From Longimicrobiales bacterium (GTDB lineage Bacteria > Gemmatimonadota > Gemmatimonadetes > Longimicrobiales > Gaopeijiaceae): DNA of 64,000 nucleotides. Shown one piece after another: positions 34,101-42,880 of the stretch (position 1 is the first letter of the stretch; every line of letters begins with the position of its first letter). The notes beneath the pieces are model-generated. The model was not told the origin of the DNA, searched no databases, and was given only the letters and a program-made list of their open reading frames with translations. The DNA lies in contig CBDCNQ010000005.1 in the NCBI GenBank assembly GCA_965219445.1, positions 480,001 to 544,000 on the forward strand. The letters run 5' to 3'. Both the position numbers and the translations under genes were made by a program.

Positions 34101-34722
34101 GCTCAGGCAATGGTGACGTCGCCGAACCACCCCCGTACGCCTCGTACAGCACACTCAACTCCCGGAACAGTACATCCATGCTCCATCCATCACTCACAAT
34201 GTGATGCATCGACAGAAGCAGGACATGCTCCGAATCGGACAACCTCAATAGCTCCGCCCGGAACAGTGGCCCTCGCTCCAGATCGAAGCCCCGCCCCGCC
34301 ATCTCCTCCGCCCGCTGCCGAATCTCCTCCTCCAACTCCGCCCCACCCAGACCCGTCAGATCCTCCCGCGGTAACTCCCACCCCCCAGCCTCTCCCACCA
34401 CCTGCCAAGGCTCCCCGTCAATCTCCACAAACGTCGTTCGCAACGACTCATGCCGACCGATCACCTCCCCAATCGCCCACTCTAACCCCCCAACATCCAA
34501 CACCCCAGACAGACGAACTCCAGATCTTAGTTTATACGCGTCGATTGTCTCACCTAGGGAATGTAGAAACCACAGGCCCGACTGGAGCGCACTAGTCGGT
34601 GCGAGGCGGATAGTGTGAGGCAGCCCGAGAAGTTCAGCGAAATCGACTCGTTTCACGGTGCCATTATAGTAGATGGTTTCTCTTCGCCGTTCCTGAAGAG
34701 GCATCGAATGGAGGTCGGACAC
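28195..34722 (-). CDS. NRPS-3: C-A(Thr)-T-C-A(Asp-like/anionic)-T
   Basis: Two HHIVSDG motifs; codes DFWNVGMV and DSSKVGHV; carrier sites GGHSL and GGNSL. Confidence 0.96.
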   Translation of the reverse strand: MSDLHSMPLQERRRETIYYNGTVKRVDFAELLGLPHTIRLAPTSALQSGLWFLHSLGETIDAYKLRSGVRLSGVLDVGGLEWAIGEVIGRHESLRTTFVEIDGEPWQVVGEAGGWELPREDLTGLGGAELEEEIRQRAEEMAGRGFDLERGPLFRAELLRLSDSEHVLLLSMHHIVSDGWSMDVLFRELSVLYEAYGGGSATSPLPELPVQYADYAMWQREWLEGGELARQLTYWKGKLSGAPELLELPTDRARSAVQSHRGGRERFDIPAEVVEGLRALGREEGATLFMVLLAAFKVLMARYSGQEDVVVGTSIANRSREEFEGLIGFFTNTLALRTDLSGEPSFREVLRRIRETTLEAYEHQDLPFAKLVEELNVERSPAYNPVFQVFVGFRAVRPHSEARSSFGYPFALPKGRSVKFDLVAMLVEKEDGSVVGSCGYSTDLFDSATIERMMGHYGRLLESVVEDVECPIYEMAMLGEDERRQLLEEWNETGVSYPEASVHELFEGQVERTPEGIAVECEGERYTYRELNERANQVAHQLRRLGVGPEVRVGLCVERGMELVVGMLGALKAGGAYVPLDPDYPPKRRAFMAEDSEVEVLLTQRRLVDRVPSLAVEVVYLDREEPIFDTADTMNLQVPVDPENLAYIIYTSGSTGTPKGVLIPHGAVAGLFRATDHHFRFDESDTWPLFHSYAFDFSVWEIWGALLHGSRLVIVPFWVSRSATAFGEFIRDEGITIVNQTPSAFMELRNVDGQCDEAFLSGVKYVVLGGEALDVTSTQDWLRERADSDLILCNMYGITEATVHSTLKRLDVKESATRHSAIGRPLPGWTLYVLDGGMQLVAVGVAGELYIGGAGLARGYWGRAGLTAERFVPNPFGERGERLYVTGDRVRWRSDGQLEFLGRFDDQVKVRGFRIEPGEVESVLMGHERVRDAVVVVQEDEEGDRKLVGYVVLEGRADGTGEVRRYLRDRLPEFMVPNYLVALDELPLNPSGKIDRASLPEPTNQRDGLAEYVEPRTRVEKVIAEIWSEVLGVEEIGIHDNFFELGGHSLLATRVQTRIRSQLGVEVPLRRMFESPEVASLAQDAECGLVVEEGGVRRAPGEERLWLSHAQERLWFLDRMYPGDAFYTVSKGVRLSGVLDVGGLEWAIGEVIGRHESLRTTFVEIDGEPWQVVGEAGGWELPREDLTGLGGAELEEEIRRRAEEMAGWGFDLERGPLFRAELLRLSDSEHVLLLSMHHIVSDGWSMDVLFRELSVLYEAYGGGSATSPLPELPVQYADYAMWQREWLEGGELARQLTYWKGKLSGAPELLELPTDRARPAVQSHRGGRERFDIPAEVVEGLRALGREEGATLFMVLLAAFKVLMARYSGQEDVVVGTVIANRSREEFEGLIGFFLNTLALRTDLSGEPSFREVLRRVRETTLDAYEHQNLPFEKLVEELNVERSLAHHPVFQVMFTLRSPEKRALKLGELEATSVSTDSHTAKFDLALRILTSRNNADKTHATLEFNANCFTPATVARLSDHFQAVLRAAVEDSSESVWLIPLDSPHRREHHALALQQNPDCGNGGMRLAIDVLEDVAKRHGDDLAIVDAGRSLTYQELRQQALMLASKLVASDLGPERRVGILMDRSAEAIVAIWGTLCAGAAFVPLDVRSPNTRLRQAIETLSLDLVLTDKRDATLVPAPSLRVRLSAAHDTAVDLSPVRTHSENLAYAIFTSGTTGTPKGVLIAHAELARYVEGLLQRLQVEPGARFALVQPLSFDSVVSQIFGAAYAAGTLYIVPESIALDGRAFAQYMKCYNISGLKIVPSHLKALLGSPPNPDALPNHHLVIGGEAAERSWLRSLKAVSPNLRIFNHYGATETSVAISMYEIRTELDWGNAHRGVPLGAPLTDAAIYVLDRHLNPVPEGMIGDIYIGGNRLARGYAGEPGPTAERFIPDPFWSESGTRMYVTGDRGRVNADGEIFFEGRHDSQVKLRGFRVDLKEIEHALMLAATVGDAACIHVLDTDGQGAAKLAAFLRSAGPGELDITEHRRMLMSRLPDYMVPTYMWQVEQVPVTTNGKRDERALREIARARIGEPDVSRCGPASDLEMQLWASWSRAISSPVGSIDREADFFSVGGNSLAVIRLLADLERDVGTVLSVRQIFQASTLSEMANLVERHRAHGPGRAHARPVLRRRR

Positions 34723-34734
34723 GGGCTATCTAGC

Positions 34735-37527
34735 CTAGACATCCGGTGCACCTTGATCGGGCCTAACCCTTTTTCCCCTCACCTTCTCGATCACAAGCGC
34801 TTTCGCAGATTCGTCGAGTGCGGCCAGTCTCCGCTCGATGTCTTGCTCCAACCTCGTCTGCTTGGCGGTTACGGTGCTCGTCCTATAAGGGATGCTGATG
34901 ATATGCTGCCCCAATGACGCCACATCCGGGTGTTCGAACACTGCCACGAGGGAGACCTCCACACCAAGCTGGCTTCGGATACGCGTCTGGACCCGCGTGG
35001 CCAGAAGCGAATGGCCACCGAGTTCGAAGAAGTTGTCATGGATCCCGATTTCCTCGACCCCGAGAACCTCGCTCCAGATCTCGGCGATCACCTTTTCGAC
35101 CCGCGTCCGAGGCTCCACGTACTCGGCGAGTCCATCTCTTTGGTTCGTCGGCTCCGGTAGGCTGGCCCGGTCGATCTTGCCACTCGGGTTCAGTGGCAAC
35201 TCGTCCAGTGCCACCAAATAGTTCGGCACCATGAACTCAGGAAGTCGATCGCGCAGATACCGACGCACTTCGCCCGTCCCATCCGCCCTTCCCTCCAACA
35301 CCACATACCCAACCAGTTTTCGGTCCCCCTCCTCGTCCTCCTGCACTACCACCACCGCGTCACGCACCCGCTCGTGACCCATCAGCACCGACTCGACCTC
35401 GCCCGGCTCGATCCGAAATCCTCGCACCTTCACCTGATCGTCGAACCGCCCCAGGAATTCCAACTGCCCGTCTGAGCGCCACCGCACACGATCCCCCGTC
35501 ACGTACAAACGCTCCCCCCTCTCGCCAAACGGGTTCGGCACGAACCGCTCCGCTGTCAGGCCTGCTCGACCCCAGTACCCCCGAGCTAAACCCGCACCTC
35601 CGATGTACAACTCGCCCGCCACACCCACCGCCACCAACTGCATCCCCCCGTCCAGCACGTACAACCTCGTATTCGCAATCGGCTTACCAATCGGTGGGAG
35701 GGAGTGACCACCAAAATCCTCAATCCGCATCCGCCACTGGGTTACAACGTGCGTTTCGGTGGGCCCGTAGTGATTCACGATGTGGGAGCAGAAGGCATGG
35801 AGGAGCTGGCGGTGGAGGTCAGCGGAAAGAGTCAGCCGTTCTCCGGCGAACACGATTGTCTCCAAAGCCAACCCGTGACGGCCCTGCTCTCTCACGAGAT
35901 CACATAGATGCCTAAACTTCGATGGGGTCGTGAATATCCACGACCTTAGTTTCTCAGAGCTCTTGCCGAGAACCTCTGCCACCCGGGCCAACTCTGCATC
36001 CTCGCTTGCGTTCAGGCATCCCCCGGCCAGCAGAGGGGTGATAACCTCCTGAACCGATACATCAAAGCTCACCGTAGACGTCTGCCATACGTGAATTGGC
36101 GCCTCGGAGGCAAGCACCGATACCTGCCACTGCAAGAGATTGGCTAATCCGACGTGCCGGTACGAAACGCCTTTCGGGGTACCCGTGGAGCCGGAGGTGT
36201 AGATGATATAGGCCAGGTTCTCGGGATCGACCGGCACCTGCAGATTCATCGTATCCGCGGTATCGAAGATCGGCTCCTCTCGATCGAGGTACACGACTTC
36301 CACGGCCAGTGACGGTACCCGGTCCACCAGACGCCGCTGCGTCAGTAATACCTCGACCTCACTGTCCTCCGCCATGAATGCCAGCCGCTTCGGCGGATAG
36401 TCAGGATCTAGTGGCACATACGCTCCGCCCGCCTTCAATACCCCCAACATCCCCACTACCAACTCCATCCCACGCTCTACACACAGCCCTACCCGTACTT
36501 CCGGACCCACACCCAGCCGCCTCAGTTGATGCGCAACCTGATTCGCCCGCTCGTTCAGCTCTCTGTACGTATACCGCTCCCCCTCACACTCCACTGCAAT
36601 CCCTTCCGGCGTTCGCTCCACCTGCCCTTCGAACAGCTCGTGAACACTCGCCTCCGGATACGATACCCCCGTCTCGTTCCACTCCTCCAACAGCTGCCGA
36701 CGCTCGTCTTCACCCAGCATCGCCATCTCATAAATCGGACACTCCACATCCTCCACCACACTCTCCAACAACCGCCCGTAATGTCCCATCATCCGCTCGA
36801 TCGTCGCGCTATCGAACAGGTCCGTGCTGTATCTACAGCTGCCCACAACCGACCCGTCCTCCTTCTCCACAAGCATCGCAACCAGATCGAACTTGGCAGT
36901 GTGACTGTCTGTCGAAACCGACGTCGCCTCCAGTTCACCCAGCTTGAGCGCTCGCTTCTCCGGACTGCGGAGCGTGAACATCACCTGGAAGACCGGATGA
37001 TGTGCCAGACTCCGTTCGACGTTGAGCTCCTCGACCAGCTTCTCGAACGGCAGATCCTGATGCTCGTACGCGTCTAGCGTCGTCTCACGAACCCGTCGCA
37101 GCACCTCCCGGAAGCTTGGCTCCCCCGATAGATCCGTCCGTAGCGCTAGCGTGTTCAGGAAGAACCCGATCAGTCCTTCGAATTCCTCTCGGCTACGGTT
37201 CGCGATCACAGTCCCGACGACGACATCTTCCTGTCCCGAATACCGAGCCATCAGAACCTTGAACGCCGCCAGCAACACCATGAACAGCGTCGCACCTTCT
37301 TCCCGACCCAAAGCCCGCAAACCCTCCACCACCTCCGCTGGGATATCGAACCGCTCGCGCCCCCCTCGGTGACTCTGAACCGCCGACCGGGCTCGATCCG
37401 TCGGCAACTCCAACAACTCCGGAGCCCCCGATAACTTCCCCTTCCAGTAATCCACTTGTTTGCCTAACTCACGCTGCCGGTTCTGGCCCTCCATGTCGGC
37501 ATCCTCCGCCAAGATCTGCCGATTCAT
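34735..37527 (-). CDS. NRPS-2: half-C-A(Pro-like)-T
   Basis: Starts mid-C domain without HHxxxDG; FDVSVQE and NHYGPTETHVV give code DVQFVAHV; carrier site GGHSL. Confidence 0.95.
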   Translation of the reverse strand: MNRQILAEDADMEGQNRQRELGKQVDYWKGKLSGAPELLELPTDRARSAVQSHRGGRERFDIPAEVVEGLRALGREEGATLFMVLLAAFKVLMARYSGQEDVVVGTVIANRSREEFEGLIGFFLNTLALRTDLSGEPSFREVLRRVRETTLDAYEHQDLPFEKLVEELNVERSLAHHPVFQVMFTLRSPEKRALKLGELEATSVSTDSHTAKFDLVAMLVEKEDGSVVGSCRYSTDLFDSATIERMMGHYGRLLESVVEDVECPIYEMAMLGEDERRQLLEEWNETGVSYPEASVHELFEGQVERTPEGIAVECEGERYTYRELNERANQVAHQLRRLGVGPEVRVGLCVERGMELVVGMLGVLKAGGAYVPLDPDYPPKRLAFMAEDSEVEVLLTQRRLVDRVPSLAVEVVYLDREEPIFDTADTMNLQVPVDPENLAYIIYTSGSTGTPKGVSYRHVGLANLLQWQVSVLASEAPIHVWQTSTVSFDVSVQEVITPLLAGGCLNASEDAELARVAEVLGKSSEKLRSWIFTTPSKFRHLCDLVREQGRHGLALETIVFAGERLTLSADLHRQLLHAFCSHIVNHYGPTETHVVTQWRMRIEDFGGHSLPPIGKPIANTRLYVLDGGMQLVAVGVAGELYIGGAGLARGYWGRAGLTAERFVPNPFGERGERLYVTGDRVRWRSDGQLEFLGRFDDQVKVRGFRIEPGEVESVLMGHERVRDAVVVVQEDEEGDRKLVGYVVLEGRADGTGEVRRYLRDRLPEFMVPNYLVALDELPLNPSGKIDRASLPEPTNQRDGLAEYVEPRTRVEKVIAEIWSEVLGVEEIGIHDNFFELGGHSLLATRVQTRIRSQLGVEVSLVAVFEHPDVASLGQHIISIPYRTSTVTAKQTRLEQDIERRLAALDESAKALVIEKVRGKRVRPDQGAPDV

Positions 37528-40500
37528 TGTGACTGTTCCCGACTCCCCAATCGCTTGAGAAGTTCCTCAGCAAACGTTGGATCAAGAGAATGCATCTGAC
37601 TTGCAATCTCATCAATCATTCCTGCCTGATCACGCGTGGCAGGCGACGGCACCGATGACACATCTCGCAGAGGGCGACTCATTGCGTGCATCTCATAAAT
37701 CGGACGCTCCACATCCTCCTCCACACTCTCCAACAACCGCCCGTAGTGTCCCATCATCCGCTCGATCGTCGCGCTATCGAACAGGTCCGTGCTGTATCTA
37801 CAGCTGCCCACAACCGACCCGTCCTCCTTCTCCACAAGCATCGCAACCAGATCGAACTTGGCAGTGTGACTGTCTGTCGAAACCGACGTCGCCTCCAGTT
37901 CACCCAGCTTGAGCGCTCGCTTCTCCGGACTGCGGAGCGTGAACATCACCTGGAAGACCGGATGATGTGCCAGACTCCGTTCGACGTTGAGCTCCTCGAC
38001 CAGCTTCTCGAACGGCAGATTCTGATGCTCGTACGCGTCTAGCGTCGTCTCACGAACCCGTCGCAGCACCTCCCGGAAGCTTGGCTCCCCCGATAGATCC
38101 GTCCGTAGCGCTAGCGTGTTCAGGAAGAACCCGATCAGTCCTTCGAATTCCTCTCGGCTACGGTTCGCGATCACAGTCCCGACGACGACATCTTCCTGTC
38201 CCGAATACCGAGCCATCAGAACCTTGAACGCCGCCAGCAACACCATGAACAGCGTCGCACCTTCTTCCCGACCCAAAGCCCGCAAACCCTCCACCACCTC
38301 CGCTGGGATATCGAACCGCTCGCGCCCCCCTCGGTGACTCTGAACCGCCGGCCGGGCTCGATCCGTCGGCAACTCCAACAACTCCGGAGCCCCCGATAAC
38401 TTCCCCTTCCAGTACGTCAGCTGCCTCGCTAGCTCCCCACCCTCCAACCACTCTCGCTGCCACATGGCGTAGTCCGCATACTGCACCGGTAGCTCAGGCA
38501 ATGGTGACGTCGCCGAACCACCCCCGTACGCCTCGTACAGCACACTCAACTCCCGGAACAGTACATCCATGCTCCATCCATCACTCACAATGTGATGCAT
38601 CGACAGAAGCAGGACATGCTCCGAATCGGACAACCTCAATAGCTCCGCCCGGAACAGTGGCCCTCGCTCCAGATCGAAGCCCCGCCCCGCCATCTCCTCC
38701 GCCCGCCGCCGAATCTCCTCCTCCAACTCCGCCCCACCCAGACCCGTCAGATCCTCCCGCGGTAACTCCCACCCCCCAGCCTCTCCCACCACCTGCCAAG
38801 GCTCCCCGTCAATCTCCACAAACGTCGTTCGCAACGACTCATGCCGACCGATCACCTCCCCAATCGCCCACTCTAACCCCCCAACATCCAACACCCCAGA
38901 CAGACGAATTCCCTTCGACACGGTGTAAAACGCATCGCCAGGATACATACGATCCAAAAACCACAGCCGCTCCTGTGCGCGCGAAAGCCACAAACGCTCC
39001 TCGCCCGGGGCTCGCCTCACCCCGCCCTCCTCGACGACCAGCCCACACTCGGCATCCTGCGCAAGAGACGCCACCTCAGGGCTCTCGAACATCCTCCGGA
39101 GCGGGACCTCCACACCAAGCTGGCTTCGGATACGCGTCTGGACCCGCGTGGCCAGAAGCGAATGGCCACCGAGTTCGAAGAAGTTGTCATGGATCCCGAT
39201 TTCCTCGACCCCGAGAACCTCGCTCCAGATCTCGGCGATCACCTTTTCGACCCGCGTCCGAGGCTCCACGTACTCGGCGAGTCCATCTCTTTGGTTCGTC
39301 GGCTCCGGTAGGCTGGCCCGGTCGATCTTGCCACTCGGGTTCAGTGGCAACTCGTCCAGTGCCACCAAATAGTTCGGCACCATGAACTCAGGAAGTCGAT
39401 CGCGCAGATACCGACGCACTTCGCCCGTCCCATCCGCCCTTCCCTCCAACACCACATACCCAACCAGTTTTCGGTCCCCCTCCTCGTCCTCCTGCACTAC
39501 CACCACCGCGTCACGCACCCGCTCGTGACCCATCAGCACCGACTCGACCTCGCCCGGCTCGATCCGAAATCCTCGCACCTTCACCTGATCGTCGAACCGC
39601 CCCAGGAATTCCAACTGCCCATCTGAGCGCCACCGCACACGATCCCCCGTCACGTACAAACGCTCCCCCCTCTCGCCAAACGGGTTCGGCACGAACCGCT
39701 CCGCTGTCAGGCCTGCTCGACCCCAGTACCCCCGAGCTAAACCCGCACCTCCGATGTACAACTCGCCCGCCACACCCACCGCCACCAACTGCATCCCCCC
39801 GTCCAGCACGTACAACCTCGTATTCGCAATCGGCTTACCAATCGGTGGCTCTTTAGAGCCACGCTCGCAGCGAGCTGACGTTACATTGACAGATGCCTCG
39901 GTTGGACCGTAGAGATTGAACATTCGACGACCCGTCCCCCATCTCCGAACCAATTCCTCGGGGCAACGTTCTCCGCCAACCAGCAGCGTCGTCAGATCTT
40001 CGAATTCGACCTCCGGTAGGTGGCTGCACACGGTAGGTGGCAACTTGGCGTTCGTGATGCAGTGCTTGCGCAAGAAGTCGACAAGCCCCCGTCCGGGCAG
40101 CAGGGCCTCTCCCACCGCAATATGCAAGGTAGCCCCCGAGTGGATCGCCATCGAAATCTCTGCAATCGCCGCGTCGAAGCCAAACGACGCAAATTGGAGG
40201 ACCGCCGTCCTCGGTCCCGTGTCGAACCTGTCTATCCGATCCAAACTCACATTGGATATGCCCCTGTGCGGGATCAGAACACCTTTCGGGGTACCCGTGG
40301 AGCCGGAGGTGTAGATGATATAGGCCAGGTTCTCGGGATCGACCGGCACCTGCAGATTCATCGTATCCGCGGTATCGAAGATCGGCTCCTCTCGATCGAG
40401 GTACACGACTTCCACGGCCAGTGACGGTACCCGGTCCACCAGACGCCGCTGCGTCAGTAATACCTCGACCTCACTGTCCTCCGCCATGAATGCCAGCCGC

Positions 40501-41624
40501 TTCGGCGGATAGTCAGGATCTAGTGGCACATACGCTCCGCCCGCCTTCAATACCCCCAACATCCCCACTACCAACTCCATCCCACGCTCTACACACAGCC
40601 CTACCCGTACTTCCGGACCCACACCCAGCCGCCTCAGTTGATGCGCAACCTGATTCGCCCGCTCGTTCAGCTCTCTGTACGTATACCGCTCCCCCTCACA
40701 CTCCACTGCAATCCCTTCCGGCGTTCGCTCCACCTGCCCTTCGAACAGCTCGTGAACACTCGCCTCCGGATACGATACCCCCGTCTCGTTCCACTCCTCC
40801 AACAGCTGCCGACGCTCGTCTTCACCCAGCATCGCCATCTCATAAATCGGACACTCCACATCCTCCACCACACTCTCCAACAACCGCCCGTAATGTCCCA
40901 TCATCCGCTCGATCGTCGCGCTATCGAACAGGTCCGTGCTGTATCCACAGCTGCCCACAACCGACCCGTCCTCCTTCTCCACAAGCATCGCAACCAGATC
41001 GAACTTGGCAGTGTGACTGTCTGTCGAAACCGACGTCGCCTCCAGTTCACCCAGCTTGAGCGCTCGCTTCTCCGGACTGCGGAGCGTGAACATCACCTGG
41101 AAGACCGGATGATGTGCCAGACTCCGTTCGACGTTGAGCTCCTCGACCAGCTTCTCGAACGGCAGATCCTGATGCTCGTACGCGTCTAGCGTCGTCTCAC
41201 GAACCCGTCGCAGCACCTCCCGGAAGCTTGGCTCCCCCGATAGATCCGTCCGTAGCGCTAGCGTGTTCAGGAAGAACCCGATCAGTCCTTCGAATTCCTC
41301 TCGGCTACGGTTCGCGATCACAGTCCCGACGACGACATCTTCCTGTCCCGAATACCGAGCCATCAGAACCTTGAACGCCGCCAGCAACACCATGAACAGC
41401 GTCGCACCTTCTTCCCGACCCAAAGCCCGCAAACCCTCCACCACCTCCGCTGGGATATCGAACCGCTCGCGCCCCCCTCGGTGACTCTGAACCGCCGACC
41501 GGGCTCGATCCGTCGGCAACTCCAACAACTCCGGAGCCCCCGATAACTTCCCCTTCCAGTACGTCAGCTGCCTCATCACTCGTTGCATGTCAGAAGGTCG
41601 CGATTTCGGCCTGGCGGAGCGCAT
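37524..41624 (-). CDS. NRPS-1: half-C-A(unknown)-T-C
   Basis: Starts mid-C domain; code DAAKLGLV; GGHSL; complete C-terminal C domain with HHIVSDG. Confidence 0.95.
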   Translation of the reverse strand: MRSARPKSRPSDMQRVMRQLTYWKGKLSGAPELLELPTDRARSAVQSHRGGRERFDIPAEVVEGLRALGREEGATLFMVLLAAFKVLMARYSGQEDVVVGTVIANRSREEFEGLIGFFLNTLALRTDLSGEPSFREVLRRVRETTLDAYEHQDLPFEKLVEELNVERSLAHHPVFQVMFTLRSPEKRALKLGELEATSVSTDSHTAKFDLVAMLVEKEDGSVVGSCGYSTDLFDSATIERMMGHYGRLLESVVEDVECPIYEMAMLGEDERRQLLEEWNETGVSYPEASVHELFEGQVERTPEGIAVECEGERYTYRELNERANQVAHQLRRLGVGPEVRVGLCVERGMELVVGMLGVLKAGGAYVPLDPDYPPKRLAFMAEDSEVEVLLTQRRLVDRVPSLAVEVVYLDREEPIFDTADTMNLQVPVDPENLAYIIYTSGSTGTPKGVLIPHRGISNVSLDRIDRFDTGPRTAVLQFASFGFDAAIAEISMAIHSGATLHIAVGEALLPGRGLVDFLRKHCITNAKLPPTVCSHLPEVEFEDLTTLLVGGERCPEELVRRWGTGRRMFNLYGPTEASVNVTSARCERGSKEPPIGKPIANTRLYVLDGGMQLVAVGVAGELYIGGAGLARGYWGRAGLTAERFVPNPFGERGERLYVTGDRVRWRSDGQLEFLGRFDDQVKVRGFRIEPGEVESVLMGHERVRDAVVVVQEDEEGDRKLVGYVVLEGRADGTGEVRRYLRDRLPEFMVPNYLVALDELPLNPSGKIDRASLPEPTNQRDGLAEYVEPRTRVEKVIAEIWSEVLGVEEIGIHDNFFELGGHSLLATRVQTRIRSQLGVEVPLRRMFESPEVASLAQDAECGLVVEEGGVRRAPGEERLWLSRAQERLWFLDRMYPGDAFYTVSKGIRLSGVLDVGGLEWAIGEVIGRHESLRTTFVEIDGEPWQVVGEAGGWELPREDLTGLGGAELEEEIRRRAEEMAGRGFDLERGPLFRAELLRLSDSEHVLLLSMHHIVSDGWSMDVLFRELSVLYEAYGGGSATSPLPELPVQYADYAMWQREWLEGGELARQLTYWKGKLSGAPELLELPTDRARPAVQSHRGGRERFDIPAEVVEGLRALGREEGATLFMVLLAAFKVLMARYSGQEDVVVGTVIANRSREEFEGLIGFFLNTLALRTDLSGEPSFREVLRRVRETTLDAYEHQNLPFEKLVEELNVERSLAHHPVFQVMFTLRSPEKRALKLGELEATSVSTDSHTAKFDLVAMLVEKEDGSVVGSCRYSTDLFDSATIERMMGHYGRLLESVEEDVERPIYEMHAMSRPLRDVSSVPSPATRDQAGMIDEIASQMHSLDPTFAEELLKRLGSREQSQ

Positions 41625-42076
41625 CGAACTGCCAAGGGTTCCGTGTGGCGTCGGGTCGACTCACTAGAAAGGGGCCCCACAAACTCTCGCTCTCGCCCCC
41701 GAGTTGAACCCTCTCGCGAGACCAATTCAGCCTTCCCAGTGGTGGTATTTGCAAGCCGCAAGCTCCTGACCTTGGATCGCAGAAAACGCGGATGAATCGA
41801 CCGGGTATCATGTAGAAAGGCAGCAGGCCCTCCAATCCGCTCCGGCAAATTGACGATACTTGCTCCCGCGGGCGGTCCGAGACATGCCGGCCGGAGTGCG
41901 CTGAGCCTGCCTGTCCAATAGCTCGTGTAGAAGAAGGTTTCTCCGCATCCGTCACATCACGTCAAATGCACCGCGGAGCCGCCATCGCCGCCTCGCGATC
42001 GTAGGTCATGTCTCCCGACCGGAAGCCCTCCCGAAGCATGGACGGCACAAACTTTTCACGTCCTAGGAGGCTTGGA

Positions 42077-42292
42077 TCACGCACCCTCCGGAGTTGATTC
42101 CTCCATCTTCCGTCGCAGCGAAAGTGGGCGCATATCGGTCCACACTTCGCTGATATAAGCCAGGCACTCCTCCTTGCTCCCCCGCTTCCCTGCATCCCGC
42201 CACCCAGGAGCGTTTTCACGCTCCGCGAACCAGATGGAGTACTGCTCCTCTTGGTTGATCACAACTCGATAGACCCTGCCCTCTTCACTCAT
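42077..42292 (-). CDS. mbtH: MbtH-like protein
   Basis: [12 protein letters not shown]...PGW...[18 protein letters not shown]. Confidence 0.97.
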   Translation of the reverse strand: MSEEGRVYRVVINQEEQYSIWFAERENAPGWRDAGKRGSKEECLAYISEVWTDMRPLSLRRKMEESTPEGA

Positions 42293-42533
42293 ACGATCTC
42301 CTCGACGATCAGGTTCCAAAGACCCTGGCTAGCCCGTTCAATGATCTGGGCCGCACCGACGGCCCATCAACCGACGCGTCCTGCCTCCTTGAAACCACGA
42401 AGATTTAGACTCCAGACTGCCGGCTCGAAACTTGGCGACACACACGGCCGCGTCTCTATGAACAGACGCTGCCAAGGTACTGATCTGCCCCCCAAAGCGG
42501 TACCCCCGTCCAATGCCAGACCAGCAGCCGCCC

Positions 42534-42880
42534 TTACAGTTGAGGCAACCTGAGAAACCAAGATGATGGCTTGATCGTCTCCAGAGCGAGTGGGAGACGA
42601 TCGCAGCCAGGGTGTGGCCGGGTGGTATTTCGCAGCCGCAGCCCCTGCTCAACCAGCACCTCAGCCTCGGCCAGTGAATAGCAGATCTCCCCGTTCAAGA
42701 ACTTGTTTCTCAACCTTCGCTTGAAGCTCTCGACGTAGCCACTTAGCCGAGGACTCCCCGGCTCGATGTATAACGTCTGGACACCTGGCCCGGCAAAAAA
42801 CACCACCGGACCAGTTTGGCGGTGAACTCAGGCCCATTGTCGGAGCGCAGATTGTCGGGCGGACCATGCCGCGCGAACCA
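42534..42880 (-). mobile_element. IS3-family orfB remnant
   Basis: NLRSDNGPEF, TLYIEPGSP, GYVESF and NTTRPH across shifted frames. Confidence 0.8.

Noticed and set aside
17834..41484. Many recurring short ORFs (e.g. MPAASADS..., MVTSPNHP..., MAGGGRGW...) that look like a repeated gene family or RiPP precursors
   Set aside because: They are antisense or alternate-frame shadows of the repeated NRPS chassis.
15528..41624. Diversity-generating retroelement or shufflon as the cause of cassette variation
   Set aside because: No reverse transcriptase or invertase in the window, no adenine-specific variation, and all cassettes are co-oriented.
41625..42076. Possible small ORF or missing N-half of the C domain upstream of NRPS-1
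   Set aside because: The listed ORFs show no HHxxxDG or other C-domain similarity.
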